From: Pseudomonadota bacterium
GTDB taxonomy: Bacteria > Pseudomonadota > Alphaproteobacteria > Acetobacterales > Acetobacteraceae
NCBI GenBank assembly: GCA_018240635.1
Contig: JAFEFJ010000002.1
Coordinates: forward strand, 1,251 to 65,250
Length of the DNA: 64,000 nucleotides
Direction of reading: 5' to 3'
Shown here: one piece after another, positions 54,950 through 63,352 of the stretch
Numbering within the stretch: the stretch's first letter is position 1
Layout: each line of letters begins with the position of its first letter
Program-made: the position numbers and the translations under genes
The notes under the pieces: generated by a model
What the model saw: the letters and a program-made list of their open reading frames with translations, nothing else
The model's database searches: none
Told to the model about the DNA's origin: nothing

Positions 54950-55698
54950 GCCTGAAGGTTGAGAACCTGACCAAGCGCTTCGGCGGCCTCGCCGCCATCA
55001 GCGACGTGACGCTCGATTTTCCGACGGGTTCGCTCACCGCGGTCATCGGGCCCAACGGCGCGGGCAAGAGCACGTTCTTCAATCTGATCTCAGGCGCCAT
55101 CCGCCCGGACTCGGGGCGCGTGCTGCTCGACGGCGAGGATGTCACCGCCCATTCGCGCGGCGACATCGTCCGCCGCGGCATCGGACGTGCGTTTCAGGTT
55201 GCGAGCATCTTTCCCACGATGACCGTCGCCGAGAACCTGATGGTCGCGGTCGCCGCGCATCGCGGGCAGTGGGCGGGCCTCGGCCGCCGTTTCCCGCCGC
55301 CGGGCGCACGCGTCCGCGCGATGGAGGTCGCCGACCTCGTGGGCCTCGCGCATGTCGCGGACACGCTGTCGGCGCATCTGTCGCACGGCGATCAGAAGCT
55401 GCTGGACATCGCCCTGGCGCTGGCACTGGAACCGAAGGTGCTGCTGCTCGACGAGCCAACGGCAGGAATGGGCCCCGAAGAGCGCTGGCAGATGATCGAG
55501 CGCGTGCAGCGCCTGTGGGAACGCCAGAACCTTACGCTGGTGTTCATCGAGCACGACATGGATATCGTCTTCCGCGTCGCGCAGACGATCCGCGTGCTGT
55601 GCTACGGCCGCGTGCTCGCCGAAGGCGACGCGGCGGCGATCCGCTCCAATCAGGCCGTCATCGACGCCTATCTGGGCACCGAGGAACATGCGGCATGA
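54946..55698 (+). CDS. livG: Branched-chain amino acid ABC transporter ATP-binding protein
   Basis: Walker A GPNGAGKST, signature LSHGDQKLL, Walker B LLLDEP. ATGA overlap with livM. Confidence 0.9.
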   Translation: MSLKVENLTKRFGGLAAISDVTLDFPTGSLTAVIGPNGAGKSTFFNLISGAIRPDSGRVLLDGEDVTAHSRGDIVRRGIGRAFQVASIFPTMTVAENLMVAVAAHRGQWAGLGRRFPPPGARVRAMEVADLVGLAHVADTLSAHLSHGDQKLLDIALALALEPKVLLLDEPTAGMGPEERWQMIERVQRLWERQNLTLVFIEHDMDIVFRVAQTIRVLCYGRVLAEGDAAAIRSNQAVIDAYLGTEEHAA

Positions 55699-56405
55699 GC
55701 GCCGTGCTGGAAGTCTCGGGGCTGGAGGTCTTCTACGGCGCAAGCCAGATCCTGTTCGGCATAGACCTCAAGATCGAGCAGGGCCAGACGATGGCGCTGC
55801 TCGGCCGCAACGGCGCCGGCAAGAGCACGACGATGAAGGCGATCGCCGGCGTCGTCGCGCCGCGCGCCGGTCGCATCGCCTTCGGCGGCAAGCAGATGGC
55901 CGGCATGAAGCCTTATGCCGTCGCGCGCCTCGGCCTCGCCTACGTGCCGGAGGATCGCCAGGTTTTTCCCGAACATACCGTGCGCGACAACCTGCTGATT
56001 GCCGCGAAGAAGGGCCCGCAGGGCCAGGACGAGTGGACGGTCTCGCGCATCTGGCAGGTGCTGCCGCTGCTGGAACGCCTGCGCGACCGGCCCGCCGGCC
56101 GCCTGTCGGGCGGCGAGCAGCAGGCTCTCGTGATTGGCCGCGCGCTGATGGGCAACCCGACCATGCTGCTGCTCGACGAGCCCAGCGAGGGTCTCGCGCC
56201 GATCGTCGTTTCCTCGATCGGCGATCTCCTGCGCGCGCTGCGCGCGCAGGGTGCCACGGTGCTGATCGCCGAGCAGAACATGCATTTCTGTCTCGGCGTC
56301 GCGTCGGATGCGGTCGTGATCGACAAGGGAAAGATCGTCTACCGCGACAACATCGCGGGCCTGCGCGAAAACGCCGAGGTGCGCAGCCAGTATCTCGCGA
56401 TGTAA
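55695..56405 (+). CDS. livF: Branched-chain amino acid ABC transporter ATP-binding protein
   Basis: From ATG 55695 (ATGA overlap): MSAVLEVSGLEVFYG...GRNGAGKSTTM...LSGGEQQAL...LLLDEPSEGLAP. Confidence 0.9.
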   Translation: MSAVLEVSGLEVFYGASQILFGIDLKIEQGQTMALLGRNGAGKSTTMKAIAGVVAPRAGRIAFGGKQMAGMKPYAVARLGLAYVPEDRQVFPEHTVRDNLLIAAKKGPQGQDEWTVSRIWQVLPLLERLRDRPAGRLSGGEQQALVIGRALMGNPTMLLLDEPSEGLAPIVVSSIGDLLRALRAQGATVLIAEQNMHFCLGVASDAVVIDKGKIVYRDNIAGLRENAEVRSQYLAM

Positions 56406-56417
56406 CGCGGGACCGGC

Positions 56418-57236
56418 CTACGCGCTCCGCCCCGGCCCGTCGCGCCAATCGAGCGCGGCCTTCAAACCTTGCTCGCGGCGGATGCGGTCGAACTCGGCGC
56501 GCTTCGGGCCGCCGGAGCCTTCGATGAAGATGTCCGCCTCCAGCGCCTGCGCCAATCCGGCGCGCAGGCCCATCGCCTCGTAGCAGCGGTTCAGCGCGCG
56601 CTTGGATAGCTGCACCGCCGTCGGATCGGCCGCCGCCATGCTCTCGGCGATCGCCAGCGCCTTGGCGAATTCCTCGCCCGCGGGCACCACGTGGTTGACG
56701 AGACCGAGCGCGAGCGCGCGCTCCGCGCTCAGATGATCGTCGCCAGTCAGCAGGACTTCCTTCGCCGCCTTGGCGCCCGCGACGAAGGGCAGCAGCATCG
56801 CCACCGCGCCCGATCCGAACTTCACCTCCGGCGCGCCAAGCCGCGTGCCGGCGGCGGCAACCGTGACGTCGCATGCGAGCGACAATTCGAACGCGCCACC
56901 CAGGCAGTAGCCGTGCACGGCGGCGACGACGGGCTTGGGGCATTCCCAAACCGACATGATGAAGGCGAAGTCGTCCTCCAGCACGCGACGCCATTTGTCG
57001 AGCGGCCGCGCGCCGGTGTCCTCGCCCGCCTTCAAATCGAAGCCAGCGGAAAACGCCCGGCCCACGCCGCGCAGCACGATCGCAAGCACGCGGTCGTCCT
57101 GCCCGAGTTCGGCCACCACGCGCGTCGTCGCGGCGACCAGGGGGCCGTCGAAGGCGTTCAGCACGCGCGGGCGGTTGAACGTCAGAACGGCGACGCGTCC
57201 GCGTCGCTCGATCAGCAGGGACTCGGTTCCGGTCAC
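56418..57236 (-). CDS. Enoyl-CoA hydratase/isomerase family protein
   Basis: 272 aa. ...VAVLTFNRPRVLNAFD...LRGVGRAFSAGFDLK...AAVHGYCLGGAFELSLACD..., crotonase fold. Confidence 0.85.
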   Translation of the reverse strand: MTGTESLLIERRGRVAVLTFNRPRVLNAFDGPLVAATTRVVAELGQDDRVLAIVLRGVGRAFSAGFDLKAGEDTGARPLDKWRRVLEDDFAFIMSVWECPKPVVAAVHGYCLGGAFELSLACDVTVAAAGTRLGAPEVKFGSGAVAMLLPFVAGAKAAKEVLLTGDDHLSAERALALGLVNHVVPAGEEFAKALAIAESMAAADPTAVQLSKRALNRCYEAMGLRAGLAQALEADIFIEGSGGPKRAEFDRIRREQGLKAALDWRDGPGRSA

Positions 57237-57294
57237 GGCGCTTCGTCATGAAACCATTGAAAATCGCGCGGCGGCGACGCGGTTCGGCCAGGCC

Positions 57295-57969
57295 TCAATA
57301 GCTCGGCGGCGTGATCGCCCAGATCACCTCCGCCTCCTCCGGGCCGGGGTTGCGGTAGCAGTGCGGCAGGGTGCTCAGGAAACCGAAGCTGTCGCCGGCT
57401 TCCAGCAGGACCGCGCGGCCATCCACCCATAATTCCAGCCGTCCCCTTATCACCACGCCCACTTCCTCCCCGGCGTGGGTGTAGGGCTCGTGCCCCGAGG
57501 AGGCCCCGGGAGGAAAGCGGCAGGAAAGCAGTTCCAGCGCGCCCGAGAGCGTCGGGCTCAGCAGCTCGTCCACCAGTCCCGACGAGTAATCCACGCGCCG
57601 CCGGCGCGCGCGCCGCACCACCAGATCGCGCTCGGCCTCCGGCACGTCCTGCGCCTGGAAGAACCAGCTGATCGTCACGCCCAGCGCGCGCGAGACGGCA
57701 TGCAGGGACTTGATCGACGGCGTCGCAAGGTCGCGCTCAAGCTGGCTGAGATAGCCGATCGAAAGCCCGCTTGCTGCGGCAAGATCGCTCAGCGTCATGC
57801 CGCGCGCCTTGCGCAGCCCGCGTATCTCGGCGCCGATCAGCCGCGGCTGATCGTTGGCCGCGCTTTCGGGCGCTGGCTCGGGTGGCGATGGATCGGCGGA
57901 AACTGCACTACGAAGCGCGCGCGGCATGGCACCTTGGAGGGCTGGGGGAACCCCGGCTCTTTTTCGCAT
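57295..57969 (-). CDS. XRE-family HTH plus cupin transcriptional regulator (PuuR-like architecture)
   Basis: From ATG 57969. HTH_3 segment IGAEIRGLRKARGMTLSDLAAASGLSIGYLSQLERD and a C-terminal cupin (HAGEEVGVVIRGRLELWVDG). Divergent from the oxidoreductase gene. Confidence 0.8.
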   Translation of the reverse strand: MRKRAGVPPALQGAMPRALRSAVSADPSPPEPAPESAANDQPRLIGAEIRGLRKARGMTLSDLAAASGLSIGYLSQLERDLATPSIKSLHAVSRALGVTISWFFQAQDVPEAERDLVVRRARRRRVDYSSGLVDELLSPTLSGALELLSCRFPPGASSGHEPYTHAGEEVGVVIRGRLELWVDGRAVLLEAGDSFGFLSTLPHCYRNPGPEEAEVIWAITPPSY

Positions 57970-58007
57970 TGACAAAGAAACATGCCATAAATTTTACTTC
58001 ATGCGAA
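57963..58007. promoter_or_regulatory. AT-rich divergent promoter region with inverted repeat TTCGCAT-N31-ATGCGAA
   Basis: The 56-bp spacer between the regulator ATG (57969) and the oxidoreductase ATG (58026) is the most AT-rich patch nearby. It contains TTGACA (57969-57974) and 7-bp inverted arms at 57963-57969 and 58001-58007. Confidence 0.3.
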
Positions 58008-58025
58008 GACACCCAAGGACGCGCC

Positions 58026-59609
58026 ATGGCCGAACGCTACGATGCGATCATCATCGGCGGTGGGCATAACGGCCTGACATGCGGCGCCTATCTTGCCCGG
58101 GCGGGCCTGCGAACCCCGGTCCTGGAACGCCGCCATGTCGTCGGCATCGCGGCGGTTACCGAGGAAATCTTCCCGGGGTTCAAATTCTCGGTTTTCAGCT
58201 ATCTCATGAGCCTGCTGCATCCGAAGGTGATCGCAGAGCTCGAGCTGGCGAAGTACGGGTATCAGGTGTTGCCGGCTACCGACATGTTCGGTCCGCTCCC
58301 CGGCAAGGACTACATCGTCTTCGCCGACGACGTCGCGAAGACGCAAGCGAGCTTCGGGCGCTTCTCGCACAAGGATGCCGCGATCTATCCCGAGTTCGAC
58401 CGCTACCTGATGGACTCGGTGAAGATCATGCGGAAGCTCCTGCTGGAGACGCCGCCCGATCCGTCTTGCCGCGATTGGCGGTCGTTCAAGGAAACGGCGC
58501 GGTTGCTGTGGAAATACCGCAAGGTCGGCGGAAAGCTCTTCCGGCTTGTGGACCTGTTCACCATGAGCGCCGACGACTATCTGTCGGAGTGGTTCGAGCG
58601 GACCGAAATCAAGGCCGTCCTGGCCTATTACTGCGGGATCGGCAATTTGGTGGGGCCGAAAAGCCCCGGCTCGGCCTATGTCGTCATGCACCACGTCATG
58701 GGCGAGCACGCCGGTGCGGGCGGCTTGGGTTTCGTTCGTGGTGGGATGGGGGCGATCACCCAGGCCATCTCGCGCTCCGGACAGGAAAAGGGCCTCTCGA
58801 TCCGCACCGAGGCGGAAGTGATCGCGATCGACACCTCCGCCGGCCGGGCCACCGGGGTCACGCTGGCGGACGGTACGCGCTACGATGCTCCGATCGTCGC
58901 CAGCAACGTGTCGGCGAAGCTGACCTTCCTCAGGTTTCTCGACAAGTCGGTGCTGCCGTCCGACTTCGTGCGCGATATCGAGACCTACCGGACGTTTTCG
59001 GGCGCCTTCAAGATCAACATCGCCTGCGAGGCGCTGCCGAACTACACGGCCTTCGATCCCGCCGCCTGCGGCTTCGCCTATCCCACCTACACCCATATCG
59101 GCCCTACGATCGAATATCTCGAACGTGCCTACGACGATGCGAAATACGGCGACATCTCGCGCCGTCCGTTCGTCACGCCCGTCACGCCGAGCTTCGTCGA
59201 TGACAGCGTCGCACCACCGGGCAAGCATGTCGTCCACCTCTTCGGCGGCCATGCGCCCTACACGCTCAGGGAAGGGGACTGGGCGACCCGGAAGGACGAA
59301 CTGGTCCGCAACACGCTCGCCGTCGTCGATGAATTCGCGCCGGGGTTCTCGGACGGCATCATCGGGATGCAGGTGCTGGCGCCGCCCGATATCGAGACGC
59401 TTATCGGCTCGCCGCACGGCCACATCTTCCACGGCGAACTGCAGATCGACCAGCTTTTCTGGTCCCGCCCCGCGCCGCACTGGGCCGACTACCGCACGCC
59501 GATCAAGGGTCTGTATCAGTGCGGATCGTCCGCGCACCCCGGCGGAGGCGTGGGCGCCGTCGCGGGGCACAATGCCGCCCGCGAAATCCTGCGGGACCGC
59601 CGGACGTGA
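58026..59609 (+). CDS. Phytoene-desaturase-family FAD/NAD(P)-dependent oxidoreductase (not a PGC carotenoid gene)
   Basis: MAERYDAIIIGGGHNGLTCGAYLARAGLRTPVLERRHVVG... Rossmann motif. 527 aa. C-terminal ...CGSSAHPGGGVGAVAGHNAA.., CrtI/amine-oxidase superfamily. Confidence 0.8.
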   Translation: MAERYDAIIIGGGHNGLTCGAYLARAGLRTPVLERRHVVGIAAVTEEIFPGFKFSVFSYLMSLLHPKVIAELELAKYGYQVLPATDMFGPLPGKDYIVFADDVAKTQASFGRFSHKDAAIYPEFDRYLMDSVKIMRKLLLETPPDPSCRDWRSFKETARLLWKYRKVGGKLFRLVDLFTMSADDYLSEWFERTEIKAVLAYYCGIGNLVGPKSPGSAYVVMHHVMGEHAGAGGLGFVRGGMGAITQAISRSGQEKGLSIRTEAEVIAIDTSAGRATGVTLADGTRYDAPIVASNVSAKLTFLRFLDKSVLPSDFVRDIETYRTFSGAFKINIACEALPNYTAFDPAACGFAYPTYTHIGPTIEYLERAYDDAKYGDISRRPFVTPVTPSFVDDSVAPPGKHVVHLFGGHAPYTLREGDWATRKDELVRNTLAVVDEFAPGFSDGIIGMQVLAPPDIETLIGSPHGHIFHGELQIDQLFWSRPAPHWADYRTPIKGLYQCGSSAHPGGGVGAVAGHNAAREILRDRRT

Positions 59610-60459
59610 CGCAGGCGCGGCGCGCGCGGGCGCTCCGTCATGCCGGCACGGCGCTGCTGCTCGCGCCGGCCCTCGCGATCCTGACGGTAGGCTTCGTCGT
59701 GCCGCTGCTGCGCCTCGCGTTCCTGAGCTTCGATTCGCCTGCCGGCCGCTTCGCTGCATACCGCGAACTCATCACGGTGGACGTCTACCGCTTCGTGCTG
59801 GCGAACACGGTCGAACTCGCGCTCGTGGTTTCGGCCGCCAGCCTGCTGATCGGATTCGTCCTCGCGCTGGCATTGTCGCGGCTGCAGGGCGGATGGCGCG
59901 CGACCGTTTTCGCGTGCGTCGTGCTGCCGCTTTGGATCAGCGTGCTGGTGCGCACCTTCTCCTGGATGCTCATCCTGGAAAGGAACGGCCCGCTGAACCG
60001 CATGGTGATGGCGCTCGGCCTCTCCGATCATCCCCTGCCGCTGCTGTTCGCCTTTCCGGGCGTCGCGACGCGATGGTCCATGTGCTGCTGCCCTACGCGG
60101 CCTTGCCGATCTACGCGGCGCTTGTGCGGATCGATCCCGCATTGCTGCGCGCAAGCGACGGGCTCGGAGCGTCGCGCCTGACGACGTTCCGCCGCGTGCT
60201 GCTGCCCCTGGCCGGGCGGGGCATCGCCACTGCGGGGATCTTCACCTTCCTCCAACCGCTCGGCTTCTTCGTCACGCCGATGCTGCTTGGCGGACCCGGC
60301 ACCACCACCATCCCGATGCTTATCGATACCTTCGTCAACGAACGGCTCGACTGGCCGCTTGCGGCCGCGACGGCGATGGCATTGCTCGCGATGGCGCTGG
60401 CGGTGATGTGGCTCGCACGACGCTTCGCGCCTGCCGCGGCCCTGGCGGACGTCGCGTGA
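59606..60459 (+). pseudogene. Pot-type (spermidine/putrescine-like) ABC transporter permease, reading frame broken near 60068
   Basis: GTG 59606 (GTGA overlap with the upstream stop). The N-terminal part is in frame 2 (...WISVLVRTFSWMLILERNGPLNRMVMALGLSDHPLPLLFAFPGVA). The continuation is in frame 1 (AMVHVLLPYAALPIYAALVRIDPALLRASDGLGAS...). Neither ORF alone is a complete permease. Confidence 0.7.
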
Positions 60460-61203
60460 AGCCCGCTGGCGCCGGCCTCAAACTCCTTGCCGGCGCCCTT
60501 GTCGTGCTGACCGTGCTTCCCGTACTGGCGGTGGTTCCGATCGCCTTCAGCCGGCAGAGCTTCGTGCGGCTGCCGCCCGCCTCGTGGTCGCTGCGCTGGT
60601 GCCGGGCCTTCTTCGCCGATCCGACATGGCTCGCCGCCCTGCTCACCAGCATGCAGGTTGCCGCGCTTGCCTGCGTGCTGTCGGTTGCCGCGGCTGCCCG
60701 ACAGGCTCCGCGGGATCGCGGAGAAGCTGTTCCTCGGCCCGCTGGTGGCGCCGGTCATCGTGCTCGCCGTCGGGCTGTACGCCATCGCCCGGTCGGCTGG
60801 GCTCGTGGGCAGCGTGTCCGGCCTCGTGCTGGCGCACACGATGCTGGCGCTTCCCTATGTCGTGCTGAACGTGGGCGTGTCGGTCGCCGCACAGGACTGG
60901 CGTATTGCCCTTGCCGCCAGCGGCCTCGGCGCCGGCCCGCTGCGTGTCCTCCGGACAGTGACCCTTCCCGCGATCTTGCCGGGCATTCTCAGCGGCGGGG
61001 TCTTCGCTTTCGTCACGTCCTTCGACGAGGTCGTGCTCGCCGTGTTTCTCGCCGGCCCCAGCGTCAAGACGTTGCCGGTCCGCATCTGGGAGGAAGTGCG
61101 CGTCGAATACACGCCCGTCGTGGCCGTGGCCGCGACGTTCATGCTGGCCTTCGGCTTGGCCGGTTCCGCGCTCGCGCGCGTCGCGCTGCGGCGGCCCGCG
61201 TGA
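60456..61203 (+). pseudogene. Pot-type ABC transporter permease, reading frame broken near 60693
   Basis: GTG 60456 (GTGA overlap). Frame 0 gives VKPAGAGLKLLAGALVVLTVLPVLAVVPIAFSRQSF...LTSMQVAALACVLSVAAAA. Frame 1 then gives ...RLRGIAEKLFLGPLVAPVIVLAVGLY...ALPYVVLNVGVS... Confidence 0.7.
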
Positions 61204-61228
61204 CGGCGCAACGGAACGGCGGCGCACG

Positions 61229-62278
61229 ATGACGGCCGTGGCCATGCACGGCCTGTGCAAGCGGTTCGGCGCGGTCGAAGTGCTCGCACCGCTCGACCTC
61301 GAAATCCGTCAGGGCGAGTTCATCAGCCTGCTCGGCCCGTCGGGGTCGGGCAAGACGACGCTTCTGAACATCTGCGCCGGGTATCTGGAACCCACCGCCG
61401 GAAAGCTGATCGTCGGCGGCCGCGACATCACCGCGCTGCCGCGGCGCGGGCGCAATATCGGCATGGTGTTCCAGAGCTACGCTCTATTTCCGCACCTCGA
61501 CGTCTTTGAAAACGTCGCCTACGGGCTGCGGGTTCGCCGCATGACCTCTCGGGAGATCGCACAGCGCGTGCCGGAAGTCCTGCGGACGGTGCGCATGGAC
61601 GGGTTCGAACGGCGCGCGATCCATAGCCTGTCCGGCGGACAGCAGCAGCGCGTGGCGCTGGCCCGTGCCATGGTCATCGAGCCCGATATCCTGCTGATGG
61701 ACGAGCCTCTTGGCGCGCTCGATCGGCAGTTGCGCAAGGATGTGCAGGTCGAAATCCGCCGCATGCACCTCGCCCATCCGCGCACCACGCTCTACGTCAC
61801 GCATGACCAGGAGGAAGCGCTGGTGATGTCCGACCGGATCGCGGTGATGCGTGCTGGGCGGGTCGTGCAGATGGGAAGCGCCGCCGATCTCTACGAACGC
61901 CCGGCCGACGGGTTCGTGGCCCGCTTCATCGGGGAATCGAACCTGCTCGCCGGTACGGTGGAGAAGCTCTCCGGCGGCCAGGCCGCGCTGGCCGTTCCGG
62001 GTCTCCGCTTGCGCGTCGTCGGCCACGCCGGGGTTGGATTGGAGGTCGGCGCCAGGGCTTCGGCTCTGTTGCGTCCGGAGCATGTGCGGCCGAAGCCCGG
62101 CGGCCTAGCCGCGCGGGTCGCGGAACGCATCTTCCTCGGCGAGATCGTTGCCCTCCGGTTGCTGCTGCCCGGCGGAGTGTCGCTCTGGTCGCGCTTGTTC
62201 GGCGCGGACGTTCCGTACTCCGACGAAATCGAAATCGGCTGGGACGACGCCCGCGTGTCGATCCTCGCCGAGACATGA
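61229..62278 (+). CDS. Pot-type ABC transporter ATP-binding protein
   Basis: 349 aa. Walker A GPSGSGKTT, signature LSGGQQQRVALARA, Walker B LLMDEPLGALD. C-terminal TOBE-like region. Confidence 0.9.
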   Translation: MTAVAMHGLCKRFGAVEVLAPLDLEIRQGEFISLLGPSGSGKTTLLNICAGYLEPTAGKLIVGGRDITALPRRGRNIGMVFQSYALFPHLDVFENVAYGLRVRRMTSREIAQRVPEVLRTVRMDGFERRAIHSLSGGQQQRVALARAMVIEPDILLMDEPLGALDRQLRKDVQVEIRRMHLAHPRTTLYVTHDQEEALVMSDRIAVMRAGRVVQMGSAADLYERPADGFVARFIGESNLLAGTVEKLSGGQAALAVPGLRLRVVGHAGVGLEVGARASALLRPEHVRPKPGGLAARVAERIFLGEIVALRLLLPGGVSLWSRLFGADVPYSDEIEIGWDDARVSILAET

Positions 62279-62329
62279 CGGCTGACGCGATGAAAACGCC
62301 AAAGGAGAAAACAAACATGCCGACGCGAC

Positions 62330-63352
62330 GTGCTTGCCGGTTCGACCGCTGCGGCGCTGGCCGCCTTCACGGCGCGTGCACGGGCCGCGACCACGCTGAC
62401 ATTCTGCTCGTGGGGCGGAGCGCTGAGCGATCTTGAGAAGAGCGCTCTGGTCGATCCCTTCGCCAAGCAGAAGGGGTTCGATGTCGTCGGCGTGTCGCCG
62501 ACGAACTACGCGAAGCTGAAGGCGATGGTAGAGAGCGGAAAGCCAGAATGGGATCTGGTCGACACGGGCGGCCGCTTCATCTGGCAGGGCGCCGATCTGC
62601 TTGAAACGCTCGACATGTCGCTGATCCCGAATGCCAAGGCATTGGATCCCGGCTGGATGGCGACGAAAGGCATCTTCTCCTCCACCGGCGCGACGGTCAT
62701 TGCTTGGAACACCAAGGCCTTCCCGGAAGGAAAGGCGCCGCAGTCCTGGAAGGACTTCTGGGATGTGAAGAACTTCCCGGGCCCGCGCGGGCTCTACAAG
62801 CCGTTCTACTACAACTACGAGGCGGCGCTTCTGGCCGCCGGCGTCGTGCACAAGGACATCTACCCCATCACCGACGCGAAAGCGAAGATGGCGATGGGCA
62901 AGATCGCCGAGCTTAAGCCCCACGTGAAGGTGTCGTGGAGCGCGGGCGCACAGCCGCCGCAATTTCTGTCCAGCGGCGAACTGGCGATGTCCTCAGCCTG
63001 GTCGGGCCGCGTACTGGCGATGATGAAGGAAAGCGCGCCCGCCGCGATGACCTATGCCGACGGCATCGCCTGGGGCAATGCATGGGTCGTTCCGAAGGGA
63101 ACACCGAACGCAAGGCTCGCGATGGAGGCGATCAACTACGCGCTGTCTCCGGAAGCGCAGGAGCGGCTGCTGGATTTCGGCACCTACGGACCGGTCCTGG
63201 GCGCGGCGGCGGCGAAGGGAACGCCCGAGCAGCGCGAGCTGCTCGTCACCGCGCCCGAGAACACCAGCCGGATGCTGATCCTGAACGAGGAGCAGGCGGC
63301 GCTGTACTCCGCCAAGTACGAAAACGACTGGCAGCGGATGCAGCTGGGCTGA
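62330..63352 (+). CDS. Pot-type ABC transporter periplasmic substrate-binding protein (5' end probably frame-disrupted; SD-linked ATG at 62317 is out of frame)
   Basis: Long ORF from GTG 62330: VLAGSTAAALAAFTARARAATTLTFCSWGGALSD..., PotD/PotF-like. AAAGGAGAAA at 62301-62310 serves ATG 62317 (MPTR...), which is offset by one base from the long ORF. Confidence 0.8.
   Translation: MLAGSTAAALAAFTARARAATTLTFCSWGGALSDLEKSALVDPFAKQKGFDVVGVSPTNYAKLKAMVESGKPEWDLVDTGGRFIWQGADLLETLDMSLIPNAKALDPGWMATKGIFSSTGATVIAWNTKAFPEGKAPQSWKDFWDVKNFPGPRGLYKPFYYNYEAALLAAGVVHKDIYPITDAKAKMAMGKIAELKPHVKVSWSAGAQPPQFLSSGELAMSSAWSGRVLAMMKESAPAAMTYADGIAWGNAWVVPKGTPNARLAMEAINYALSPEAQERLLDFGTYGPVLGAAAAKGTPEQRELLVTAPENTSRMLILNEEQAALYSAKYENDWQRMQLG

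Noticed and set aside
47917-59759. Long shadow ORFs in the metabolic half (for example 49571-51583, 48271-49437, 55768-57249, 57999-59759, 51718-53220)
   Set aside because: Same reasoning: low-complexity Arg/Ala/Gly-rich products antisense or off-frame to putA, the liv genes, the crotonase and the oxidoreductase.
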